From Selaginella moellendorffii (lineage: Eukaryota; Plantae; Lycopodiophyta): 64,000 nt of DNA. Both the position numbers and the translations under genes were made by a program. This document shows positions 22,412 through 36,470 of the stretch, in pieces. Location: positions 533,228 to 597,227 of the forward strand of contig NW_003314313.1 of assembly GCF_000143415.4 (NCBI RefSeq). Direction: 5' to 3'. The stretch's first letter is position 1, and the number at the start of each line of letters is the position of its first letter. The notes under the pieces were generated by a model. That model had not been told where the DNA came from, searched no databases, and saw only the letters and a program-made list of their open reading frames with translations.

Positions 22412-25400
22412 TATCAGGAATCCCCCTATTCTTGCCACATTCCTGACTCTCGCTAGATTCCTGACCCGCAGACCACATTCCTGACTCTTGAGACACTTCC
22501 TTATTCCTGACTCTCTGATTTCCCGTACGATTTCTGATTCTCGAACCACATTCTTGATGATGACGTGGTGCCTCCTTGACCTTAGTTATATTTAGGCCGT
22601 CCTCGATCCAAAAGTCGTGGAGCTTCATCAACCTATAGTATATATAGGTTAGCCTTGTTCCATTTCTCCACAATCTAAATCAACACTATTCTAAGGTTTT
22701 TTCTTCGTCTCCACTAGCTTTTCTCTTTGTCTTCTACATTTTTTAGTTCTGATCTTGTTGGCGGTCTTGATAGTTTGATTCAGATTGTGCTTTTTGCTTT
22801 TACTTTAGCTCATTTTGATTGTTTGATTGCCTTTGCCTTTTTCCCCCTTTTTTTTCTTCTTTGCCGATGGAGTCTCCAAGCCATCCTGATTCCTTCACTG
22901 AAGTCCTTACAAAAATTCAGTCTAAGAATACCGAGTTGAAGGCAACCCTTCTTCACATGCAACAGGAGCTTTCTTCACTTTCGGCTCAAGGATCAAGCAG
23001 AATTCCTGAACCGAAGGTGAGTTTCCCGGCGAAGTTCTCAGGCAAGTGTTCAGAGCTTCGCAAATTCCTGAACCAGATGGAGCTGATCTTCACACTTCAA
23101 TATTGGCGGTACCCCACTCCCAAGTCTCAAATCAGTGCGATTGGGACGTTGCTCAAAGGTGCAACTTTGTCATGGTTTTTCCCTCTCTTGGAGAAGAGCA
23201 TGAAAGGGGTCGTGTGTAGCGCATGTGATCATGGGATGAGATTTGGATATACTGTCACCGTGGATCCTTGGAACGTTGGGGGATAAATGGGGATAAAATA
23301 GCCACTAAGGGCTCTCTCATCAAGCAATTGCCCCTTTTCTAGTTGGCTTAAGGGGAGAGAGATAAGGTGTGCTACAGTTGGTATTGGAGCAAATGGCACG
23401 GGTTCGATTCCCATTGATTAGTGGCTACTTAAAAAAAGTATAATATACGCTTGAGCAAGGTATATTCCTACCCCTAAAATTGAAATCGTACGTATTGGGC
23501 ATCCATGCGTACGTCCTTCCTCTTGTGTGGAGTATCCACGGACGAAGGTATCCACCGTGGGACTGCAGTACGGGTGGATGACTAGTTGCCTCACATGGAA
23601 TAGCTGGTCTACACAATGGAAGGATTGGTAGATTGAGTGCGGAAATGGAGGTATTGGTTCCCCTTGGCTCAGTAGGGGTTGTTAGTCAATAGTCAATGAG
23701 GACATTGACATCTCTGAAGGGGGGGTGAGTGTAGCGCATGTGATCATGGGATGAAATTTGGATATACTGTCACTGTGGATCCTTGGAACCTTGGGGATAA
23801 ATGGGGATAAAATAGCCACTAAGGGCTCTCTCATCAAGCAATTACCCCTTTTCCAGCTGGCTTAAGGGGAGAGAGATAAGGTGTGCTACATCGTGGTTTC
23901 AGAGCTAATGGATCTTCAATTGTTCAAAGAGAAACTTGAAGCATGTTTTGGCAAGATAGATCGGGTTCGGGTTGCCACCACAAAGATGAGATGTCTCTCT
24001 CAGGGGTCTCGTCCTACCTCGATCTATGCTACGGAGTTCCAACTCCTTGCATTGGACACTCAGTGGGATGAGTGGGCCTTGATTGATCAATTTTGTTTTG
24101 GCCTCAACAACGGTGTTAAGGATTTGTTGCTCACCATGGAGGATCCCACAGACCTGTCAGACACCATCAACAAAGCTGTTTGATGCGACAATCATCTCTT
24201 TGAACGTTGTCAGGAAAGTTGCCGCACCGCCTTTTTCCCGTCTCAAACTCAAGAATCCCAGCTTGAGTCTTCGGGGCATACTCCTGAACCTACTACTCCA
24301 GTCCCGATGGATATTTTTGGTACTCCTTGACTCATCAAAGGGAAGCTGAGTCTTACTAAGAAGCAACGTTGTGTATCTTAGAATTTTTGCCTCTATTGTG
24401 CTGATCCTAATCACAAAGCAATTGTGTGTCCCAAGAAGCCTCCCCAACTATTTGAGTTCACTCTGCCTCAAGGTCCACCTTTGTTGCAGTTGGGGAACGA
24501 CCTTGTCCAAATAGAGTAGGAGCTGTTTTTTTGGACTCCCTGAATAAAAATCACTTTTCTTCTTTATCAAGCTCCTCACCACCTTTCATCAAAGCCACAA
24601 CTAATTCCTGCAACTTCCACATCCCATGTCTCCTTTCTTTCACTGGACAATCAGGACTTAAAGCTCTAGTGCTACTGGACTCGAGTACAACTTCCTGCTT
24701 CATGAACATGGACTTTGCTACCCGACATCACGTTCCTCTTTCTCCTACCATACAGGATCTGAGGGTTGAAGGCATTGGTGGGCATTTTGTGTCTCCATTT
24801 TCTAGACTTAGGGAAACGTTGCCTATTCAAGTACACATCGGGTCCACCGTCACTGATATCGCTTTCAACATCATCAACAGCAAGTCCTCCTCTATGGTGC
24901 TCGGCCTTCCTTGGTTCCAATTGCACCAACCTTAGATCTGTTGGAAGGAATTACAGTTTATCTCTCCCACATCACCATCTCCCATGTCTTCCCTTGCTGT
25001 TCATCGAGTTCGAATCAGGAAAAGTTCCCTAAACTCAAATCAGGGTTCTGTTCCTGACTCTACAAAGTTTTCACACTCTTTGCTCCCTATCCCTTAATCT
25101 TCTTCTCCCTCCCTTCCATCTTACATTAGACAGTATCCTCATCCCATCATTCCATTCAATGGTACACCTTTTCCTATCTCCACAATCACTATGAAAGAAC
25201 TCCTTCATAAAGAATCTATTTTCCTTTTTGCTTTGCATGTTTCTCTTGTGTACTACCTATTCATTAGCCTTACAATTGTCCTATTGATTTACAGGAAGGA
25301 ACATCATCTCCGTGGGGGCCTATCTATGGGTTATCCCCATTCGAACTTAAAGCCCTCAAAGAGTATGTGGATGAGAACCTTGCATCGGGGTACATTCAGC

Positions 25401-28400
25401 ATTCGTAGTCCCCGACTTAAGTGCCTATCTTCTTTGTCAAGAAGAAGGATGGGAGTTTGCAGCTAGTCATCGATTACTAAGGTTTGAACAACATGACTGT
25501 TTGGAACTATTATCCACTGCCCCTAATCTCAAACCTATTGGAATGCCTTGGCAGTGCCCGCTTCTTCACCAAGATCAACCTCTGTGGAGCATACAACTTA
25601 ATCTAGATCTGGCTTGGCGATAAATGGAAGATTGCGTTCCAAACCCACTATGGCCACTTTGAGTACATTGTCATGCTGTTTGGCTTGACAAATGCTCTAG
25701 CAATTTTCCAATACATGGCAAACGACGTCTTTCGGGAGTTTTTTGATCAAATGGTGATTGTCTACCTCGACGACATCCTCATCTACTCAAAAACTCAGGA
25801 GGAGCACGACGAGCATGTGCACATGGTGCTTGCGAAGCTGCAGGAACACGGCCTATATGCGAAGCTTGAGAAATGTTCTTTCGATTAGGAGTCTGTGGAG
25901 TTCCTTGGGTATATTATCACTCCTGAGGGTATCACGATAGATCCTGCCAAAATCAAGACTATTCTCGAATAGGAGCCTCCACACTCAATGTCAGATGTTC
26001 AGGTTTTCCTTGGCTTTGGCAACTTTTACCGCAAATTCATTGATCACTACTTTGACATTGTCCTTCCTCTCATGCATCTCACTCGTAAGGATGTTCCCTT
26101 TTCTTGGTCTGTTGTTGCCCAGTAAGCCTTTGTTTGACACACTCAAGGCGGCCTTCAGTTCTACTCCCGTCTTGATCCACGCTGATCCTTCACAACCTTT
26201 CTTCATCAAGGCGGATGCCTCCGACTTTGCCATCAGTGCTGTGCTGTCTCAACTCGGAGCGAATCAGGAATTTCATCCGGTCACTTTCCATTCTCGGAAA
26301 TTCTAGCTTGCAGAGATCAATTACAAAATCCACGACAATGAGCTCCTTTGCCATCTTGGATTCCTTTGGAGAGTGTCATCGTTTCTTGGAGGGGGCGAGC
26401 TATCAAACAACAGTCTGGATGGATCACAAAAATCTCGAGTACTTTGCCACTTCCCGAGTTTTGAGCCATTGTCAGGCAAAGTGGGCACAATTCTAGAGTC
26501 GGTTTGACTTTGTTATCAAGTACAGACCTGGAAAGCTTCAGGGCCTTCCTAATGCTCTTTCTAGGCACTCCTATCTTAGTCTCAGGCTTGGTAATCCTAC
26601 CTTCGATCAACAGGATCAGGTTATGCTTGGTCCTGATCGGCTTCAAGTTATGGCAATTTCCCTGGCCCCTCAAAACTCCTCCTTGATGGACGTGATCAAA
26701 AACAATCTTCAATCTGACGACCTCGCCAGTGACATTTTTCCCCATCTTCAAGCTGGACACCCAATGACTCCCAACTGCTGGCAATTTGACGAGTTCGAGT
26801 TTTTAGATGGCTTGTTGTACCGTGGGGAGCAGCTTTACATTCTTGAAGGTGATGCTCGAAGGTTGGTCTTGATGGTGTGCCACGATAGCCTGACTGCTGG
26901 TCACTTCAGCATTGTGAAAACCTATGAACTGGTTGCACGGGACTTTTGGTGGCTTCACATGGACAACTACATCAAAGCTTTTGTTACCTCCTGTGACACT
27001 TATGCCTAGAATAAGTTACCTCGCCACCTTCCTTTAGGTTTGCTTTGTTCCCTCTCAGTCCCTTTATGTCCTTGGGAATCCATCTCCATGGATTTCTTGA
27101 GTGATCTTTCGAGTTCTGGAGGCTTCAACAGCATTTTAGTCGTGGTGGATTGCTTCACAAAGATGGTGCACCTCCTGCCGTGTACCAAAGAGTTTTCGGG
27201 TGAGGACATGGCAAAACTAGTATTCAGGGAAATTTTCTGACTTCATGGGATTCCTGCAAATGTGGTTTCAAATCGGAGACCTCAGTTCATCTCTCATTTC
27301 TAGCAACGGTTCTTGTAGCTACTTGGAGTGAAGGCCAACCTCTCTTTAACGTATCATCCTCAAACTGATGGACAATCCGAATGAACAATTCAGACATTGG
27401 AACAATTCCTGAGGTGCTTCATCAATTATCATCAGGATGACTGGTTCAATATCCTTCCCCTTGCTGAGTTCTTCTATAACAACTCCATTTACTCTTCCCT
27501 TCGAGTTTCCCCCTTCTTTGCAAACTCTGGCCAAACAATCTCTCACTTCCTTCTCCATTCAAATCCTCTCGTTTAAATCCCCACTCTAAGGCATTTATCT
27601 CCAACCTCCAAGAAATCCACAACTCCATCTCCTTCCACCTCCATCATGCTCAGGAATGTCACAAAACATTCGCCAATGTCCATCATTAGGATTGTCCCCC
27701 TTATAATATCGGGGATAAAGTCTGGCTCCTCAGGTGAAATATCTCCACTACCAAGCTAAAACTCGATTTCAAATTTCTCAGTCCTTTCCCTATCACTGCC
27801 ATCATTAATCCTGTCACTTATTGCCTCGCACTTCCCTCCTCATATCAAATTCACCCTGTTTTTCACTCCTCTCTCCTTGACCCTTATATTCCCAGTCCTA
27901 TTCCAAATCGGGTCATTCCTCCACCTCCACCAATGCAGTTTGAGGATGGGTCTAAGTACAAGGTTCAGGACATCCTTGATTCCAAGATCTCACAGTCTAA
28001 ACTCTACTATCTGGTAAACTAGAAGGGTTACGAACCTAAGGAACACATTTAAGAACCTGCGGACAACCTAATTCATTCTCCTGACCTTGTTCAAGACTTC
28101 CACTGCCACTATCCTTCTCATCCCAGTCCTCATTCTTTTCATTCTCCATCTTCCATCCCTCGACACCCATCTCATCCTCCTCTTTGTTCTCATTCACATC
28201 CTTGTTCCATTAGTTCTTGAGGAGGGGGTGCTGTTAGGAATCCCCCAATTCTTGCCACATTCCTGACTCTTGCTAAATTCCTGACCCGCAGACCACATTC
28301 CCGACTCTCGAGACACTTCCCTATTCTTGACTCTCTGATTTTCGTACGATTCTTGATTCTCGAACCACATTCCTGATGATGACATGGTGCTTCCTCAACC

Positions 28401-28588
28401 TCAATATTTAGGCCATCAACGATCCAAGAGTGGTGGAGCTTCATCAACCTATAGTATATATAGGCTAACCTTGTTCCATTTCTCCACAATCTGAATCAAC
28501 GCTAGTCTAAGGCTTCTTATTCGTCTCCACTAGCTTTTCTCTTTATCTTCTGCATTTTCTAGTTCTGATCTTGTTGGGGGTCTTGATA
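22412..28588 (+). mobile_element. Full-length but decayed Ty3/Gypsy chromovirus (Tcn1/Tf1-like)
   Basis: LTRs 22412-22772 and 28232-28588; TSD GCACC both sides; PPT GAGGAGGGGG before the 3' LTR; gag (PEPKVSFPAKFSG), protease (LLDS), RT (YLDDILIYS), RNase H (ADASDFA), integrase (PWESISMDF) and chromodomain ~27955-28115; many stops and frameshifts. Confidence 0.93.
23215..23890 (+). mobile_element. TRIM (terminal-repeat retrotransposon in miniature) inserted in the chromovirus gag
   Basis: ~162-bp LTRs TGTAGC...GCTACA (23215-23376, 23730-23890); TSD TCGTG; iMet-type PBS TGGTATTGGAGC; PPT GAAGGGGGGG; no coding capacity. Confidence 0.92.
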
Positions 28589-31376
28589 GCACCCTTTTAG
28601 CTCCACTTTGGGGCTTAGGGATTTGTGTCTCACAACTTCACCATCCCTAAACGAAGTTTGATGTCCTTATCGAACGATAAACCATTTTATAAAGTAATAT
28701 TAGCATATATTACTCTTTCCATCCTTGGCACCTAACCAATATTCGTCAATGGTTTGACACTAAAGGCTCACCATGCTTTATCCATCCTCTAAGGAGCATA
28801 GTCTCTCAAACAAATTCATTCAACCACCTGTGATGGTTCTCTCTCTTTTATTGGTTTAGTTTTCACTAAACCTATTAGAGACACCTTCTTTATCTCAATC
28901 CCACTATTCATTCTCGAGTAGTCTCAACTTCTATTGATAACCATTCCACTTTGGAACTTTTGATTTTGACTTTTCGAAGTCAATTTCTTTGGCGTCTCTG
29001 ACACCTTTCATTGCATATATTATGCAAACTTCACTTCCCTATCCTAAAAAGTTTTCTACTTGAGGGCACCATCATCCTCTTTTCTATTTCATGCCACCTT
29101 TGGCACCAAGTTCCAATTATAATAAATTGTGTTAGAACTATCCAAAGCCCTATCATTTGGCTACTTTGCTGCTCCCTCTTTTGAAGTTTTCATCTTTGCC
29201 AAATTGGAGCATTTGAGAATCCATCCTTGGAAACACCTTTCCTTTCCCACAATTCATTAGTATCTAACATGTTAGTGTTCATCACCTAACTTTGCTATTT
29301 GGATTCCTTCTGATGAATTTCATGGCCCACACTTGTCCATTAGTCTTTTGCTTTTATCTTTTGATTGTTGCACCAAGCAACATAAGATCACTATCTCCAT
29401 TTTCAAGGCATCCTTTTGGTTCTATAGCAAAGGTTCCATTTTGCCAAGTCCCAAAGATGCTCACCCCTAGAAGATCTTTTTAGCATTTTCTATTATAAGC
29501 TCCATTGACAGCCCAACTTTGCGACCCTCCCATGGGTTTTTCTTATAGACTACTTTCTTTGGACTCACTATACCATCGTATTAGCACAATTGATTTCCCT
29601 TTAGGTGTCCTTCCCACTTGGTCATCTTGACCAAGCCACACCATCATCGATAGTTCAAATTAACATTTTAAACTAGGAACTTTATTCCTTAACCTCATAA
29701 GAATCTCGTCCTTGTTTAGCTGTAAAATCACCTAGTGATTTAACCTTTGTCACCTTAATAGGTTTGTTAATAGGTACTAGGTCTTCTAGACCTTTAAGTT
29801 GTTTACCATGACCCCAGAGGCATCCCCCACACTTGGCAGTGCACCCAAGCCAGCCCTTCCGGCCAAGGGTCCATAGCAACTGAGACTGGGTGTCCCCATC
29901 TCCTTTACTACATCCTTGGTGCTACTTGCACCAAAATATTCAAGTTAGATATGTTGAGTTACACTAAGCAATCTAACCGTGCATCACAACTCTAGGGCAT
30001 CCCCCGCTTGGTAGTATGCCTAAACCAGTCTCCTTCCTGAGAGTCCATGACCATCGAAAAATGAGTATCTTCATATTCCAAACCATCACCATGCCCTAGT
30101 GAGTTAGGACTCGAACCCACGCACTAAAGGGTTGGGACTCGAACCCAACTTCTGTATATGTATCTATGGATGGCATCATTTAGGATGCCTGGTGTGACTC
30201 CCCACACTGGTGCACCAACTTATATTTAAAGTGTACTACAGATCACAGTTTAGGAACTTAATTCCTTTGCACTGGCAAGTCCTTTTATTTGACAAGTCTA
30301 TGATTATGCATGGACTCCTCCATGCTTGGCCCTACGGGCCACCCCTTTTGAAGTCAATGCCTTTAACTAGGGTTTTTATTCCCTCCGACTTGCCAATTTT
30401 ACTTAGCAAGTCACTCGATTAGTATAATATGGTTTCATGTATAAGTGTGAAAGTCTCTAACTATTAACTTTTGTTCAAAGCCATCTCTTTGAACACTTAG
30501 GGACTCTTCAACCTTGATAGCCTTGCCAAATGGCAAACTTCAAGACCACGTTTCTGCTGCACCACTCTAATTTCATGGGTTCTATGAACCATTTACACTT
30601 GGCTTTCTAGGTATTAAACTACCTAGAATTGTTTTTGGGAACCTTGAAAAACTTTTGTCCCTTAGCTTGCTAAGGCTTCTCATTTTGCAAGATTTCTAAT
30701 TACCATATAATCTAACATGGATAATTCTATATTTTAAACTCTTTATAGCATTACGGTTGTTAGTAACAACACACATGAGCACCCACTTGATTCTCCACTC
30801 CCAACTTGCATAACCACTCTTGGTAATGCCCTTCAATTCTTATGGTTTAGTTCTATCCCTTTATTACTTGCTTTTGGCCTCACACGTTTCTTTCAGTTAT
30901 TCTCCTTTAGACTAGGAGGATAGTTTTTCATTTTCTACTATGCCTTAGCAAGTATTCTTAGGGATGAACTTACATGATAACTTAGGGAGTGGTTCCTCAA
31001 TCCAGATATACTCATCTTATAATCCTATACACTAGGATTAACATTGTTACTTATGGGCCTTTATATGCCCATCACTAACCTTGCTAAAATCCCTTTTTGG
31101 CTTTGTCTAATTCGAATAGATAGACTTCTTCTGTCCCTGCAACCTTGGACATTGGATAACACCTCCTATCCATCATTCACTAGAGATTTAGTCTCTTGGG
31201 CCTTATCTAATGCTCTCATGATACCAAACACCACTTCCTAGTGTTTTAGAGTGTTTAGGTGTCCTAATGATAGCTTTCTTTGACAATGAGCATTCCCTTT
31301 ATGACATTAACTTACTATATTACAACAAAAGCAATTTATCCCTCATAAGGGTATATCCAACTTCTTTATCCCAATT

Positions 31377-31621
31377 GAGATGGCTGCAATGAGAAGGAAG
31401 TGGAAGTAGCACCCCTTTTCCATTGGCGTTGCATCTTCTTTGATGAGGGAGATTCCCATTGAACGATGTCTAATAGCGATTGATGAGAATGAACAAGGAA
31501 AGGCTTCTAAGGTCAAAAAGCTTATAATCTCTATTTGGATGATCTTCTTTATGAGCTTGTTTGTGATAATGACACCACTCTTTTTCAGCCTCCTCTACAT
31601 TGTCTACGATGTTAGCAACAT
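31377..31621. repeat. Rearranged copy of the 7.3-7.6 kb membrane-protein ORF
   Basis: 31377-31456 matches 7515-7594 directly; ~31468-31621 matches the reverse complement of ~7340-7496. Confidence 0.8.
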
Positions 31622-34600
31622 TTAATAAGGGAAATTCAAATATAAAAAGAAAGGGCTTATAAACAAAAGTGCATTCCTTTTTAATCAATTAAAAATTTTA
31701 AGATATTTAAAGTTAAATATCCTTGGGTTTGAGTAGTTTTAGTTTGAATAAGTTCCTAAGAAGTCCAAATTTAAAAGCTTACGCTTTGGGAGCCACTTGT
31801 ATATTATACTTGTTAAAAGTATACACTTGTGGTGATTTAACATTTATATAGATATGATTATTCTAAAAACTTAGCTTATATATAAAATCAAGTGAATTAG
31901 ATTATTGATCTTCTCCTCTTGAAATGATAACAAGCAGTTAGGGTTCTTATATTGATGAATTAGGATCTTAAAGAACATTATAAAGAAGCACCAATGGATC
32001 TATAAGAGGTACAACTTATTTTTTATCCTTTTGTATGAAGCACTTTAGTTGTTGTATATGTATAATTTTTAGAGGATTAGTTTGTTGAATGTCATATTAA
32101 ACTTTATAAACCTATAATTTAACTTGCCACAATACTTGATATATAATTTTTTTTATTGGGCAAAGAGTAAACCATACACTATAAAATTGGGAAAACAAAC
32201 TATAGGTGAATGATAATGCATTTTTATGTGGCCTAAATGTTAAGCAAATTCTTCTTTAACTAGTAGAAGAATTCTTAACAGATATTAAAAATATAACCTA
32301 GTATCAACACCTTATGGTAGTTATGAAGGTAAACTAAACTCTATTAGCAATATATGATCATGACCATATAACGACAAAACTCTACACCCCTATATTCAAA
32401 AGATGGTAAATAACCATCTTAATTTGAATGCTAAAAGTTATGTACTTCATGATCATCTTCTTGAAGTTCCAAATAAACAGTTCTACCAAATACTCTATTA
32501 GTGAATGATAAACACTCGTGAAAGTATAGTGTATTTTAACTAAGATGTCTAAATATAAAATGCCTAAGCTATAAATAAGTAACTATTATCCAAAAGAACT
32601 TCAAGAAAGAATGCTAAAACACTAGCTAATTAAAGAGGAAATATTTAATAGTTAATGGAACTTAAATAGTCAGGCTTTCAAACCCAAACCGAGGATTGAT
32701 AAAGGGATATTATAGGATGTTGTTATTTATATCTTAAGGCATCTTAGAGTTGCCAAGAAGTGGTCATAGAATGACCACTCATAAATGAATGGTCTAATCT
32801 TAGAAAGGACCATGACATAAGTGATTTTAGATTATTAAGAAAATAGTGAGGATAAATATGGCCTTAGTATAAGAGGTTGGTACTTTAGTGATACCTTCAA
32901 GTGTCTAAAGTGGGACTAGATATGTGGAGCACTTGGTTCATGTGCAAAATTGGCATAGCCTTGAAATCACTTATATGGGCTAGCAAATACCCCAAATTGG
33001 AATAAAGACCTATGGAGGTTATGAGTGAAACTCTTTCAAGAGGTCTAAGATATAGTTAAATTACCAATGTAAAATGGGAAATTTAGTTGGTTTTATATCA
33101 TTTGATGTATAAAACTTCATTTGGTGCTAAACTTGTAATATTCCCTCTCATATTGTAAAAAGACAATTGGAGTCAATTATAATTTTGCATCCATTTGAGT
33201 TGATGACATTTAATCTGATGAGGCTATTTCTATGATCAATTATTAGTAATGAGTACATTATTATTGTTTTTAACTACTTGATTCACTGGGGAGAAGTTAG
33301 TGTTCTTACTAATGTGTCTATGACCTTTAGAACTTCATACATTATATAACTATACCTTTAGTTACCAAACAAAAAGGCCATTCTACTTTCTTTCTATTGT
33401 TAAAGGTTTTGGGATGACATTTTGAAATATTATAGTCTAACATAAATTTTATAGATACTCTCCACCTTTTGCCAAAAGGGTGCCTTGGCCATGTAGCTAG
33501 ATTATGGTTCTAATGAGCCACACAAGGTACCCAAATAGTAGTGCCACTCATATTTAGATTGGGAACATTGATCATTTGATTTTTCAAAAGAGCTAGAGCT
33601 AACTTTTGAACACGTCATTAAATCAAGCCACTTTTCCATTTATGTTCACTCTAGCATTAGGTATTATCACCCACCATATAGGCATAGCCTTCCTTTGTCA
33701 CACTAAATTTCTTTGGCCACATTAGTTCCTCTAGAGTCTTCCCCTTATTATCTCATTAGGACTTACCAAAACCCCCTAGGGTTTGGGAAATAATTGCTTT
33801 GGGCTTTCACTTTAGACTTAGTTTTGGTGTTAGTCTCAAATTTGACCTCGATCTTGGACTTGGTTTCAAACTCAACCTCAAATTAAGTTTTAGACTTGAT
33901 ATTGCACTTAATCTCAGACTCAATCTTAACACTTCCACTTTTCATGACACTTGTTATATATTAGTTATTCTTTTATCCCTTTGTAGAAACTCACTTATTA
34001 ATTGCTTTATACTCATTCTTCAATCACTTCTTTAGGAGTTCCACTTTGTTTTCGACTTTCCGAATTAGAGCTTTTAATCTAAATATATTACACTTTGAGT
34101 GTCATGATGTGCCAAGTGCTAGGTATCCGGGGGTATTGAGAACGTATATGTTGGTGAAGAGGCATTTCTTTTGGCCTAGGATGAAGTTAGATGTTGAGAA
34201 GTACATACGTGGTTGTTTAACCTGCCAAGTGGTCAAAGTTGATCATTCGACTTTCACTTTGGCCACTATTATATAGCACACTTTTGGCTTTACTTTGGGA
34301 CTTAAGGATTTGTGTCATATAACTCCACCACCCATAGATGAAGTTTGATGTCTTCATAAAATAATAATCTATTTTTTAAAGTAACTCTATCACACCAAGC
34401 TACTATTTGCCAATAGTTTAATACTGAAGGCTCATCATGCTTTACACATACTTTAAGGAGCATAAACCCTTCAACTTAAAGACTTATTAGATCACTTATA
34501 ATGGTTCTTTCACTTTGTTAGTTTAAATCCTACTAAACCCACTAAAAACACCTTCTCTATCTCAATCTTACTACTCACTTTAGATTAGTCTTACATTATA

Positions 34601-35069
34601 TCAACATAAAAATCTCCTTTTAGAATCTTAATATTGACTTCTAGTATTAATTTCCTAGCTGTATCCGACATCTTTTATTACACATTTTTATTATGTAAAC
34701 TCTACTTCCTCATCCTAGGCACTTTAGACCACTTAAAGGAGTCTCATTTATAACTTCTATAGATACTCATCCCAATTTAGGATAATTACTAACTCCTATA
34801 GATGATCTTAAGGCCATGTCAATTTTACACTTAGTCTAAGTGATTCATGTGTTTAATCCCACTTTAGATACTCGAAAGTACTACTAAAGTACTAGCCTCT
34901 TACACTAAGGCCATATCCATCCTTATTGTCTTATTAATAATTTAAGACGGCTTATATCACAATCTTGTTTCTTTAATTCATGAATGATCATCCCATAACC
35001 ACACATTAACATCCTTAGGATACTCTAAAATATAGAAAACACTATTCCCTAATATCCTTTATTCGATCT

Positions 35070-36030
35070 TGTCGTGAATGTGATTATGGGTATCAAAATT
35101 TACTTATCAATAAGTTCTTTTGGATATTCTTTTCTTACTGCCACAACAGTAAGATATTAGTATTGTTGGTTCCTTTTTCAATCCCTTTTGTTCAAGTGTT
35201 AATAAATTAGGCTTAACATTTATACTTAGGCAAATGAACATAAAGTAGAAACTCTTATGTATTTCTTGCTAAGTATACTTGGCCTAGCTTTTAGTTATAT
35301 TTTACTCTATTTTGCACTAGCTTGACAAAAACCTCTGCGATATTGAGCTTAATTCTTTAATATTTGCTAAATGATAGTTTATTGTATCCTCCAAGATACT
35401 CTTACTATCATGCCCCATATGTTAGTCCTATTTAGTACCTTTGGTTATTTATGGAAAGTGTCTAGATCTACAAATAAAGCATATCTATAGAATGTAGAGA
35501 TTATCTTGAACACAATGGTGTTTTCCCAAATCCAAATTCACAATCTAATGCCATTTTATATTTAATAAGTTTTTAAATTTGTCATAAAGACTAACTTCTA
35601 GGATTGGGGTGAAAGCCCAAAATATGCATTCCTAAAGGGGGAGGGGGGGATATTAGAGGGTTCCAAATGTATAGTAGGGATAGTGGGTAGGTTGGGAATG
35701 GATAACCAACTTGAGGTATAGTCTAGCTCTTGCTTGCATATCTATCTTCATTTTGCATCTGACTTGGGTCTAAACCCAAGTTCCATATAATGCTAACTGG
35801 TGGAGTGCCTATATACTCATGTTAGGCCACTAGTATGTTAAAATAGCACTAGACTTTGTTTAGCTCTATTTTGGGTGTTGATTTTGGCATTGAGATACTA
35901 GATGCTCTAAGATTGTTTTAAGTTGTATTGTGCTTCTATCCCTTTGCTCTTTAAGCTGTATATTTAAGAGTCATTCCGTGCTCTACTTCCTTCACTCCTT
36001 GGCTCTATGCTCAAAACACTACAAATCCCT
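35070..36030. mobile_element. Older copy of the LTR seen at 36829-37809, interrupted by nested insertions (its 3' end is probably at ~38520-38652)
   Basis: TGTCGTGAATGTGATTATGGGTATC... aligns with TGTTGTGAATATGACTTTGGGTATC... over several hundred bp. Confidence 0.65.
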
Positions 36031-36151
36031 ACTAAATTTTTTCTCTGTCCATGGCAATGTTTATCAACACCTGAGTCAAAGTCTAAAGGCCCCTCCACTA
36101 AGTCCCATTAAGTTTTAGGATTGCCTCACCAAGTAATTATACCCTTAATTA

Positions 36152-36470
36152 CTATCCTATCCTTTACACCCTAAGCTAACTGATTGTAAGGCTCTTTCTT
36201 TATCTTATCATCTTGATTTGGTGCCTAACAATCCTCCCCTTATCAAGAAATAATCGTATGCAGTTATATTTAGGCCACCCTCTAGTCCCTCTAGATCCAC
36301 CATATTAAACATTCTTTTAGAATATTCTTGCCCCACTTGTTAGTCATAAGGATTAAACTAGGCTCCAATACCAATATTAGGATCCTATCATTTACACCCT
36401 AAGCTAAAGGGATGATCACTTGATTGTAAGGCCTTTTCTTTATCCTATAATCTTGATCTAATGCCTAACA
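36152..36470 (-). mobile_element. Second, smaller TRIM
   Basis: Direct repeats ending TGCCTAACA at 36230 and 36470; between them a PBS (GGCTCCAATACCA = TGGTATTGGAGCC on minus) and a PPT (ATCCTCCCCTT on plus). Confidence 0.6.

Noticed and set aside
23380-23430. tRNA gene at the B-box
   Set aside because: No cloverleaf or anticodon arm; it lies inside a TRIM
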